From contig OZ024743.1 of assembly GCA_964016885.1 (NCBI GenBank), forward strand, positions 200,756,001 through 200,820,000: 64,000 bases of DNA, read 5' to 3'. Below the pieces are notes generated by a model. It searched no databases. It was not told the origin of the DNA and saw only the letters and a program-made list of their open reading frames with translations. The position numbers and the translations under genes are program-made. Each line of letters opens with the position of its first letter. The stretch's first letter is position 1. Positions 13,146 to 25,140 of the stretch are shown piece by piece. This stretch comes from Eledone cirrhosa (taxonomy: Eukaryota).

Positions 13146-13463
13146 ACAATTTAATAAATGAGAACTTCATGAATCAATGACTATGAAATAATTAGAAAAA
13201 CACTACAAATATTTAAAAACGGAAGAGTAAGGGAAAGGCAAATGCTCGAGGGCCACAGAGGAATGGGAACGGAGGAGGGTGATGGCCTCTGGGTTGAGGG
13301 TGTAGTGATGGTGGGGTTGTGACCCGTGGACAAGACCGCAAAAGCATTTCCGCGGACAATGGCCAGCGTTACCCGCTGCACAACCACCTCATTTCGCAGT
13401 CGGGCTGCTGACGTTCAGATCTTGCGGAGGAGCTTGGCAGTACGGGGTCCGGTATCCCACAAG
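13146..13463 (-). mobile_element. CRE-clade (RLE endonuclease) retrotransposon 3' fragment
   Basis: GPRTAKLLRKI*TSAARLRNEVVVQRVTLAIVRGNAFAVL resembles the CRE C-terminal QRLSxAxQRGNA motif; followed by a 3'UTR ending ATTAAA-ttg-(TA). Confidence 0.65.
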
Positions 13464-13511
13464 CACACATTTCATACACACATGAATTTCTGGCTTGAAA
13501 AGTACTGTGTT

Positions 13512-14975
13512 GCAAACCTGGACAAGTGCATTTTAACTTACTCCCTGTTTTATCTAAACAGTAGACTCATTTCGCTAGAACATAGACAAAGGTCTTTTAC
13601 CTTAGCCTTTGTTTAATCTAAAACTCTTAGACTAAATTCGTTAGAACCTAGACAAGTGTCTTTTATCTTAGCCTCTGTTTAATCTAAACCTCAGACTAAA
13701 TTCACTAGAACCTAGACAAGTGTCTTTACCTTAGCCTCTGTTTAATCTAAATCTCAGACTAAATTCACTAGAACCTAAACAAGTGTCTTTACCTTAGCCT
13801 CTGTTTAATCTAAACCCCAGACTAAATTCGTTAGAACCTAGACAAGTGTCTTTACCTTAGCCTCTGTTTAATCTAAACCTCAGACTAAATTCACTAGAAT
13901 CTAGACAAGTGTTTTTTACCTTAGTCTCTATTTAATCTAAACCTCAGACTAAATTCACTAGAATCTAGACAAGTGTCTTTTACCTTAGTCTCTATTTAAT
14001 CTAAATCTCAGACTAAATTCACTAGAACCTAGACAAGTGTCTTTACCTTAGTCTCTATTTAATCTAAATCTCAGACTAAATTCACTAGAACCTAGACAAG
14101 TGTCTTTACCTTAGCCTCTGTTTAATCTAAATCTCAGACTAAATTCGTTAGAACCTAGACAAGTGTCTTTACCTTAGCCTCTGTTTAATCTAAACCTCAG
14201 ACTAAATTCACTAGAATCTAGACAAGTGTCTTTTACCTTAGTCTCTATTTAATCTAAACCTCAGACTAAATTCACTAGAATCTAGACAAGTGTCTTTTAC
14301 CTTAGTCTCTATTTAATCTAAATCTCAGACTAAATTCACTAGAACCTAGACAAGTGTCTTTACCTTAGCCTCTGTTTAATCTAAATCTAAGACTAAATTC
14401 ACTAGAACCTAGACAAGTGTCTTTACCTTAGTCTCTATTTAATCTAAATCTCAGACTAAATTCACTAGAACCTAGACAAGTGTCTTTACCTTAGCCTCTG
14501 TTTAATCTAAATCTAAGACTAAATTCACTAGAACCTAGACAAGTGTCTTTACCTTAGTCTCTATTTAATCTAAATCTCAGACTAAATTCACTAGAACCTA
14601 GACAAGTGTCTTTACCTTAGCCTCTGTTTAATCTAAATCTAAGACTAAATTCACTAGAACCTAGACAAGTGTCTTTACCTTAGTCTCTATTTAATCTAAA
14701 TCTCAGACTAAATTCACTAGAACCTAGACAAGTATCTTTACCTTAGCCTCTGTTTAATCTAAATCTCAGACTAAATTCGCTAGAACCTAGACAAGTGTCT
14801 TTACCTTAGCCTCTGTTTAATCTAAATCTCAGACTAAATTCGCTAGCACCTAGACAAGTATCTTTACCTTAGCCTCTGTTTAATCTAAATCTCAGACTAA
14901 ATTCGCTAGCACCTAGACAAGTATCTTTACCTTAGCCTCTGTTTAATCTAAATCTCAGACTAAATTCGCTAGACA
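13512..14975. repeat. 63-bp tandem satellite, about 23 units
   Basis: Unit ctagacaagtgtctttaccttagcctctgtttaatctaaatctcagactaaattcactagaac; no unique spacers. Confidence 0.97.
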
Positions 14976-16030
14976 AAAACTGTTTGGAAGACAATCGTAT
15001 GGACTACTCCGGTACTTCAGATTTGTCACATACTCTGTTATGGCAATACCAGCGAAAATGTTCAGAGAAATAAAATGGTGACTCGGTTCTGGTACAGGAC
15101 TTTCATGCATGATGTGTGCTCAATCAGAATGTACATGGGAGCTAAAGAACGACAACAACCATTACCCTAATATATAAAGCTTTTGTAAATATATCAGGAT
15201 TTGAATTAACATTATTTCTAAAGAATAAGTTAATAAACATGTGTGTGTGTATGTATGTGTGTAGGTGGGTGTGTATGCATGTGTGGGTGTATGTGTGTGT
15301 GTGCGTGTGTATGTGCGTGTGAGTGCCTATGTGTATGTGAGGGTGTGTGCGTTCGTGTGTATGTATGTATGTGTGTATCTATGTGTATGTGTGCATATAT
15401 CTACATGTGTGTATGTGTGCGCATGTGTGTATATGTATGTGTGTGTGTGTATGTGTGCGTGTGTGTGTGTGCCTTTATGTATATTCTTGTGCCTGTATGT
15501 GTATTCGTGTGTGTATGTGTATCATGGAGTTAACATGAGGTAAAGCCACATTTATATTCCATTGTTAAAAATTGAATAAATTCCTTTAAAAGTTTTAATG
15601 ACTAAGCGAAGAAAAGTAGATTTTTTTGTTCTTCATTTTTCACATGGATATCTTAAAGGTTTCTATTATGAAGTTATATATGGATCTATATGTTTGTGCG
15701 TCTCCACGTACGTATGTTTGGCGTATATATGTGTCTATGACCCCCTTCTATGTATGCAAAATTTGCGATATATATTTGTCCATTACCAATCATTCATGAG
15801 TAATTTCTAAAGAACAAAACGATACCAGATCAATAAAAACTCCCCACAAAATAATAAATAAAAGAATAGCTACAGTTTTATGTTTTCATTCAGTCTATTA
15901 TTGTGTTTGTATTTTCGTATTCTTCACTATATAAAATGACAATCCACAAAACAAAGTTTTAGATTTCAATTTTGTCTTTTATCTATAACAATTAGATTTG
16001 AATAATTTGATATGCATGCATATACATACA

Positions 16031-16078
<48 letters not shown>

Positions 16079-16080
<2 letters not shown>

Positions 16081-16155
16081 AGGTGTCCCAAAATTGTATA
16101 CACACTCCAATAGTATTCTAATCGAAGTGTGTACACAGTTTTTAGGGACACCCTA
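16079..16155. mobile_element. Very small Tc1/mariner-type MITE (second copy 21408-21491)
   Basis: TA-CAAGGTGTCCCAAAATTGTATACACACT ... AGTGTGTACACAGTTTTTAGGGACACCCT-ATA within (TA)n. Confidence 0.7.
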
Positions 16156-17131
16156 TATATATATATATATATATATATGTAGGTAGAGCAATGAATCCAG
16201 CGATGCTTTTAAGATAAGAGAGCAGACGACGTATCTTTATGTAAAACTAAAAAGAAAACTGGTTTTAATTGTTCGGTTTGTGGAAGTTTATTCTTTTGAA
16301 CAATCAATGCTTCCATAATTATCGACGAATGCTTCGTTTATCCTATTCTTTCGATTACATTTTGTTTCCAACACACACAGTATACAAACTCACACACATA
16401 TACATATATACGTACCTACACACATACATATACATATATACTTACATACACATACACACACACACATACATATATACGTACATACACACACACATATATA
16501 TATGTACATACATATAAACACATATATACATACACACACACACACATATATATACGTTCATACACACACACATATATATATATATATACGTACATACATA
16601 TACACATACACATACATATATACGTACATACACACACACATACATACATATACATACACACACACACACATATACATATATACATACACACACACACACA
16701 CATATATATATACATACACACACACATATACGTACACACAGACACACACATACATATATACGTACATACACACACACATATATATATGTACATACATATA
16801 AAGACATATATACATACACACACATATATATATGTTCATACACACACACACATATATATATATATATACGTACATACACATACATATATACGTACATACA
16901 CACACACATACATACATATACACACACACACACACATATACATATATACATACACACACACACACACATATATATATATACATACACACACACATATACG
17001 TACACACACACACACATACATATATACGTACATACACACACACATATATATATGTACATACATATAAACACATATATACATACACACACACACACACACA
17101 TATATATATACATACACACACACATATACGT

Positions 17132-17161
<30 letters not shown>

Positions 17162-17165
<4 letters not shown>

Positions 17166-17270
17166 TAAAATACAAATATTAATAAAATAGATGTTCTTTT
17201 GATCAATTACATTTTATTATACATTGATCAAAAGAACATCAATTTTATTAATATTTGTATTTTAATATTA
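17162..17270. repeat. AT-rich fold-back next to (TA)n
   Basis: atattaaaatacaaatattaataaaatagatgttcttttgatcaat and its near-perfect reverse complement around a short spacer. Confidence 0.85.
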
Positions 17271-17358
17271 ATAAATCTGGAAAATTATTTTTCGTAGAGT
17301 GCTTCCAATCTACTGTAAAACTCATTCTTTGACATAATCATTGAATCTTGTTTAACTA

Positions 17359-17408
<50 letters not shown>

Positions 17409-17417
17409 GTACACACA

Positions 17418-17528
<111 letters not shown>

Positions 17529-17539
17529 GCACACACACA

Positions 17540-17588
<49 letters not shown>

Positions 17589-17927
17589 GTTTCTACTTTT
17601 GGCACAAGAATGTTATTCAATGTAAACGAAATGCAATTTGTTTGACTTTTTTTAAAGTTGGATAGATTGTCATATTTACAAAAATGATTCGCGATGGGGC
17701 CCACCCTCAGCCCTGGCCGATATAATTATATATTGTTTTTCTTCTTTACCTCATCTATTCTAAACCTTTCGTCCACTTCTTTCTATCTATTCTTTATTTG
17801 TTTTTGTGTCTTTTTGCTAATTTTTATTCCTGTCATCGTTTTACTTCTTTCTTTCCTCCTACTTATACACGTGTTTCAACTAATGAACCCTTTCAGATAA
17901 ACGCAGGTAAACATGCCTACATAGAGC

Positions 17928-18034
<107 letters not shown>

Positions 18035-18041
18035 TATATGC

Positions 18042-18084
<43 letters not shown>

Positions 18085-18693
18085 TGCATACATATATATA
18101 TATATATGAAAAACAAGGGGAGAAGAATACTGCATGGTTGCACATGGATTACATATTATAAAATGTGTCCCTCATCAGTGATTTGCCAACCATCATTGGT
18201 ATTTCATCGCATTAAAAATCAGATACCTCAGGTTGGTGCGAGCAATAACTAAAATAAGCTATTGGGACAAGTGAAACGCGTAAAGCGAGTGAGACAAGTA
18301 AACAACAGAAGGAAAAGCAAACCGAAGGTTGGAAAACAGCAAGCCACATGATAGTTATCCGATCAGCATAAGCTGGGTGAATTTCATGAGCGGTCAGAGA
18401 AGCAGACCGTACGCCGTGAATGCGGTGTGAGAAAGAAGGAACCCCACTACTAGCGAACGGGAGGAAGTGAGAAGGGGAGAAACAGAGAGTGAGGGAGTGG
18501 AAGTGCGAGGAAGAGGTCAGTCGAGAGAAAAAGTGTAACTGACAGAGAGGGCGAAAGAAGGTAAGAGAAACAGAGAGAACGGGGGAGCAGTAAGAGAGAA
18601 AGAGAGAAACAGATAATCGCAGTTTAGATACACATGCATACATAAATACATATACATGCATTCATACATACATATACATGCATTCATACATAC

Positions 18694-18749
<56 letters not shown>

Positions 18750-18799
18750 CTGTGTATACGTACTAAGAGTGAGAAATGAAATTTCGTTTCATTTTTTCC

Positions 18800-18860
<61 letters not shown>

Positions 18861-19631
18861 CATATATATATACATGCATACATACATATATATATATATT
18901 TGCATACATACATACCTATATATACATGCATATACACACATATATATATATATATATACATACATATATATACATGCATACATACTTATATATATACATG
19001 CATACATACATATATATATACATCCATACATATATATATACATGCATACATACATGCATATAAATATATATGTGTGTGCGCGTGTGTAAATATAACATAT
19101 ATATATGTTATATTTATATATATATGTGTGTATGTGTACATACATACATACATACATACATACATACATACGGACAAAAAGCGCAGCTCCCTAATTCATA
19201 GTCTACAAATGGCTGCGATAGCTGGCACCTTCAAAATTTGCAAAACATTCTTGCGATTCAAGGGATGACAATTTCTTTTCTTTTACAACCTTGCCACCAG
19301 GAAGGTGGCCGGTCAAAAAATATACTCAAAATTAAGAGAAAGAGAAAACATACATACATACATACATACATACATACATACATACATACATACATACATA
19401 CATACATACACCTATTTCTTCGTAAATCAATTATAAGATGAACCTTTATTCTAATATTTTATAGTCTATTCGTATCAATATATTTTAAACTTATTTGAAA
19501 GAAGATTTTTTTTCTAAAAGGTACTGAAGTGATTCTGTCCCAATGTTATTTCACATGAAGAATTGTGAAAGGGAATTGGTAAATGATATGACATTGTGTA
19601 GTGGGTTAGTTAGCATCATTATCATCATCAT

Positions 19632-20140
19632 TAGAGGGTCGGACGCCATGCTTTCCAGCATAGTTACGTCCTTTTACGATCTGAGTTCAAATCCCGCCGA
19701 GGTTGACTTTGCCTTTCATCCTTACGGGGTCGATAAAATAAAGTACCAGTAATGCACTGGGTAATTGCTGGCCTTGTGCCTAAAGGAGAAACAATTATTA
19801 ATCGGTAGATTGGCAGTATCGGTAGAGGGTCGGACATGCTTTCAACCATAGTTACGTCCCTTTACGATCCGAGTTCAAATCCCGCCGAGGTTAGCTTTGC
19901 CTTTCATCCATACGGGGGTCGATAAAATAAAGTACCAGTAATACACTGTGGGATAATTGCTGGCCTTCTGCCAAAAGTAGAAACAATTATTATTATTATT
20001 AGTTACGGCCCTTGCCATTCTGAGTTCAAATCCCGCCGAAGTTAACTTTGCCTTTCATCCATACGGGGGTCGATAAAATAAAGTACCAGTAATACACTGG
20101 GATAACTGCTGGCCTTGTGCCAAAAGTAGAAACAATTATT
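19632..20140 (+). mobile_element. Three head-to-tail SINE family A copies
   Basis: Three successive B box + central domain + gaaacaattatt tails. Confidence 0.9.
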
Positions 20141-20584
20141 ATTATTATTATTATTATTATGGCGGTGGCGGTGGCGGTGGTGGCGGTGGCGGTGGTGGTG
20201 GTGGTGATGGTGTAGTGATATTCATCTTCCCTTCTTAGTTGAAGTATTGCATCAGGAAAAAAAGGTAAAATAACAAAACTGATATTTAAAGTTAAGAGAT
20301 AATGCAGATGAAAAATGAACAAGGTTGAATTATGAGCAAGGGGAGGAGGGAAGAGGGTTTGTATGTGTGTTTGCGTTGAACAAACGATCTTTGATGATAC
20401 GTGTGGTACAGGTATGCCACCATCCTATGCTGTTGTTACAGATTTGCCGTCTTACAAGGAAGCAGAATGACTTAACCAAGAAGAACTTAACGGTGTAAAG
20501 TGGCAATGCTAGTATCACAATACAATCTATTCAGATCCACTTTTTAATGTGGAAGTGTTGGTGCCATGATACTATATGTATATC

Positions 20585-20848
20585 GACATTCGATCGACTT
20601 TCGTCAAATCGAACCGAGTAAACTATGTTCCCATTGGTCTATCCAATTGCTAAAACCATCTATGCGTTGCAACTCCAGGTAGAAGGAGCAACGTGAAATA
20701 AAATAAAGTGTCTTGCTCAAGGACATAAAGCATCGCCCGGTCCAGGAATCGAACTCACAACCTCACGATTGCGAATCCAGTTCTCTAACAACTCAGCCAC
20801 GTGCCTTCACAATATACATGCGCGCGTGTGTGTGTGTGGTTCCCCCTC

Positions 20849-20886
<38 letters not shown>

Positions 20887-21063
20887 AATACACACACAGA
20901 TATATATAGATATATTTATTAAAATAACAGATTAACGTTTAAGCAAAGAATCACTGGTTTCACCCTTAACGGGATCTTCTGAAACTGTTTGCTCTACGGT
21001 TCTTATATATTTGATATATATTTATCCTTATCGAGCCCTCTTTGGATTTTAGTCTTCACATTT
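20585..21063. mobile_element. SINE B with hairpin tail (minus) plus adjacent pLTR-like element; same pair at 47650-48067
   Basis: 20590-20810 matches 47652-47848; 20910-21063 matches 47850-48067 in rearranged form. Confidence 0.75.
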
Positions 21064-21071
21064 ATTATTAT

Positions 21072-21190
<119 letters not shown>

Positions 21191-22073
21191 AATATAATTC
21201 AGCGAGAATCGTATTTCGGCTGGTAGAAAAAGCGAAACGAAACGCAAAATCGTAGAAATGCTAGCAAGCGCTCAATAGTTAAAAAAACTAGAGCTAAACA
21301 ATAAGTTAAAACGCCATACAAACTGAAAAAGTGGTTAAGAAGGCATTAACCACCTAAGCCAAAAAACAAATAAAGCTAAACAGGTCAAACAAAATAAATG
21401 ATATATATAGGGTGTCCCAAAAATGTATACACACTTCAACAGCATTCTAAAAAAGGCGTGTATACATTTTTTTTTTGGGGGGGGACGTCCTCTCTCTCTA
21501 TATATATGTATTTGTGTGTGTGTGTGTGTGCGCGCGCGCGCGTGTGTGTGTGGCAGAGCTGTTTGGATAAGGAACTAGCTTCGTGGTTTCGGATTCAGTC
21601 GCACTGTGTGACAGCTGGGCAAGTGTCTTTTACAACAGCCTCAGAGTGACCAATTCTTTGTAAGAGAAGTTTGATGGACGGTAATTGCAGAATCATTTCG
21701 TATATATTTATGCATGTTTAATTGTCTGTGTTTACGATTGTGTCTGTGGTTATGTTCTTTAACCTTGATATTACACAAAAGAAGAGATCGATGAAATAAG
21801 AAGTAGACTTGAAAAAAATAAATATTGGGATCGATATGATCGATTAAACCCATTAAAAGCGGTACTCGAGCATAGCTGCTTTCTAACACAGTGGACACAG
21901 TGAAAAACTATACATATATATAAATATCAGAAATGTCAACTCTCCCAGTCCGACGGGGAATCTCCACTTCTTGTGAAAATGGGTATAGCTTTCATTATGT
22001 AAAACTCCCCATTTTGTCCCATTTCTCAGTTTTGGGGCACTATTTTGAATGGGTTTTCAAAGATTGTCACATC

Positions 22074-22140
<67 letters not shown>

Positions 22141-22637
22141 TTAAGAAACAGGGCCTGTGTAGTTGCTGGATAAGGTGTATTTATGAATAAGAGGAAAGCA
22201 CGACGAGAGAAAATTTTCCTTCATCAGTTGTCTGCTGGGGATTATGGATATTTCTACGCATTAAAGACAATATATCTAACCCCAGTGCGTCAATAACTAA
22301 AGGAAGTTATTGGGGAAAAAAGAAGGGAAAAGGGAAGGAAAAGGTAAAAAAAAACCCCAGAAAACAACAAACCGAAGAGGGAAACCCGAAGCACATGTGT
22401 GTGAGCAACTCGAAGAGAGAGAAAAATTAAAGTCGACAGAGAGAGAGAGAGAAAGGAGAACGAGAGAGAGAGAGAGGGAGGGCGGTATTAATGCAGGTAT
22501 ACTTATGGGTTAAATCTCACGTCTTTTACTACAGCTTGGTGTAGATCGACCCAATTTCTAAAATTAAATTAGGTAATCGGAAACTGGAAGCTCGTTGGAC
22601 AGATTGTATTTCTAATTTAAATATCTTACAAATATCA

Positions 22638-22694
22638 TACCTGAGGAGAAGCTTGGGATGCAACGCTCATGCTTTGAAACACTTGTAACAGGTA
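22638..22694 (+). ncRNA. Hammerhead-like motif
   Basis: CTGAGGA gaagc...gcttt GAAAC ACTT GTA; stem I weak. Confidence 0.45.
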
Positions 22695-22850
22695 AATATC
22701 GAACTGAGTTCAAATCTCGCTTTGCGAGGGGTCGATAAAGTAAAGTACCAGTAACGAACTAAGGTCGATATACGCGATAGTCCAGTCCTTGAAAACAGTT
22801 GGCATTGTGTCTAAATTAGAAACCATATATATTGCGTGCATTGGTTTTTC

Positions 22851-22899
<49 letters not shown>

Positions 22900-22915
22900 C
22901 ACACACGCCTGTGTG

Positions 22916-22956
<41 letters not shown>

Positions 22957-23190
22957 CTCTCTCTATCAGTCGTGTGTCACTTCGCGGAGAAGTTTCCGTT
23001 AATTTATGTAAGGAAAAAACGTGAGTTTTTAGTTCAATTTTATATCATTGTGTAACTTGACCACCCGTCTGGACCTTCAGGTGGTGGGTCAACTCATTTT
23101 CGCCCCTTCAGGGGCGGAATATCCATTTAAAAAATTTTTCTCCATCGAATCTTGGAAAAAAAAAAAATATTGTAAAATTTTGATTACGTT

Positions 23191-25107
23191 ATGAACGCTG
23201 CGTCCAACGATAATGGTGGTGGAGAGGCGGTAAGACTACAAAGCTCGCAGTCAACAACGTCTTCTTCACTAGATACTATAGAGATGGAAAGACAAAATGA
23301 AAATAAAAAAACGAATTCACATCCAAACAACACAAATGACACCAAACAGCTCAATGACAACAAAAATAACAGCAAAACCAATAATGATGATAAAAGCAAC
23401 AATGATAACAACAACAAAGAAAAAAATAAAGACAACGCCAATAACACCAGCATCAAAGACAACAACAACACCAAGGAAAATACGGATGATACCAACATCG
23501 GTGACAACAAGAATAACAACAAGAATAACAACAATAATGACAACACCACCAATACGGATTCCACAAAGAAACCAAAAATCTCCTTTGCGGAGAAAGTTCA
23601 AAAGAAAGAACAATTGATATATCTCGACATAACAAATGCTGAACACCTTTTAAAGGACGCTAAGAGATATGTCACCTTCGAAAAAAATGGTGCTTTCAGC
23701 ATCAATTCTCCGGTAGAAATTCGCAAGGAAACTGCTCTCAAAACGATAGTTTTTAGGACAGTTTCCAATTCTACCCGAAAACCAGTCCAATTGTCACAGA
23801 AAGATATTGAACTGGTTTTCAAAGATTCAATGAATGATATTGCATTCATTCAAAGAAGCAAACTTTTTGGGAGTATTTCGGTACTGATGAAGGATCAATT
23901 GACGGCCCAAAATTACTCTGTGTCGCCAATTGTATCCAACCTGTACACCTTTTTCCCTACATACATGGGAAAAAGGACACAAAAGATCAGAATCACAAGT
24001 GTCACACCAAAGGTGAACATATGGTGGATACTGTGCGGCTTCATCAATTTTGATGAAGACAGAATACTGTCAGTAGGCAAGTCCCCCAGAGATGTATTCA
24101 ATGGGACTAGCATTGAAGTTCTGGTGCAAATGAGCCCAGAGCGAATAGCTATGATCCCACAGCGTGTACTCCTGGACGGACTTACCTACATAAACCTTTC
24201 GGTTGAGGGTAGGCGGCCTTCATGTTACCATTGCTTTAGCAGGGGTCACCTGAGGGCTTCCTGTCCTAAACTAATGAACCAAAAAAAGGCTCTTCTGCCA
24301 ACACCCATCAAAACAACACAACCACCAACACCACCACTACAACAACAACACCAACACACAAAAATAACCACAACAAACACAGTCCCACCCAACCTCACTC
24401 CACCTAAAACCACTGCAAAATCACATACAGACACAACAGCTCCCCAAGACATACCCCTCCCCAATCACACAGACGATACAACAGATGAGGCTATCTCGCC
24501 ATCACCCAGTGAAGACGAGGGAGAACCCCATCGCTCGAAAAGAAAGAAAAGACATCACAAAAGCAAAAAACCAGCAAACACTACCACAAACATACAACCA
24601 CCAACACAAACAACAAAAATATCACAAACAAAACCCCCACCTCCTGAAAACAAAATACCTACAACAAAACGAAAGCACACACAAGAACTACAGACAAAAA
24701 CAAACACAACACAAGAAAATTACACTTACACTTACATAAACACTGAAAACAAAACACTAATGGAGACCATTACGAACGACCCTTCGGTTTTCACCGAAGG
24801 GAAAACTTTCGCCCACTCTATAAAAAATAGCAAAAAAATGAACCTAAAACTGATTAGGGTCCCTATACAAACTTATAGGTCCCTAAAAGAAACATTTGAG
24901 AAGGATGTGGGGAATTCCTGCGTGAAACCACTCAACCGCGTCCTTCTCAAATGCCTCCCCACCCCAGACACCCCCATTCCACCAGACCCCACCCCACCAA
25001 ACATCTGCGTCCCCACCCCGCCGGAAACCACCACCCATCCAGACAACCCCTCCAACACCCCCATGGAAATCGTGCGGCCTGGTCCCCAGGAGGCGAAGGG
25101 TGAGTGA
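23191..25107 (+). CDS. LINE ORF1 (gag-like nucleic-acid-binding protein), 638 aa
   Basis: SFAEKV motif, zinc knuckle CYHCFSRGHLRASC (CX2CX4HX4C), Asn-rich N-terminus, Pro/Thr-rich C-terminal half. Confidence 0.9.
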   Translation: MNAASNDNGGGEAVRLQSSQSTTSSSLDTIEMERQNENKKTNSHPNNTNDTKQLNDNKNNSKTNNDDKSNNDNNNKEKNKDNANNTSIKDNNNTKENTDDTNIGDNKNNNKNNNNNDNTTNTDSTKKPKISFAEKVQKKEQLIYLDITNAEHLLKDAKRYVTFEKNGAFSINSPVEIRKETALKTIVFRTVSNSTRKPVQLSQKDIELVFKDSMNDIAFIQRSKLFGSISVLMKDQLTAQNYSVSPIVSNLYTFFPTYMGKRTQKIRITSVTPKVNIWWILCGFINFDEDRILSVGKSPRDVFNGTSIEVLVQMSPERIAMIPQRVLLDGLTYINLSVEGRRPSCYHCFSRGHLRASCPKLMNQKKALLPTPIKTTQPPTPPLQQQHQHTKITTTNTVPPNLTPPKTTAKSHTDTTAPQDIPLPNHTDDTTDEAISPSPSEDEGEPHRSKRKKRHHKSKKPANTTTNIQPPTQTTKISQTKPPPPENKIPTTKRKHTQELQTKTNTTQENYTYTYINTENKTLMETITNDPSVFTEGKTFAHSIKNSKKMNLKLIRVPIQTYRSLKETFEKDVGNSCVKPLNRVLLKCLPTPDTPIPPDPTPPNICVPTPPETTTHPDNPSNTPMEIVRPGPQEAKGE

Positions 25108-25140
25108 TCTCTTTTCCTCTTTTAACTTTTCAGCACCAAC

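Noticed and set aside
13512-14975. CRISPR array or 21-aa repeat protein
   Set aside because: No unique spacers, eukaryotic context, no long ORF across the array
25100-25133. 34-nt GT-AG mini-intron fusing ORF1 to ORF2
   Set aside because: Very short, and removal puts ORF2 out of frame; simple read-through is also blocked by a second in-frame stop (TAA)
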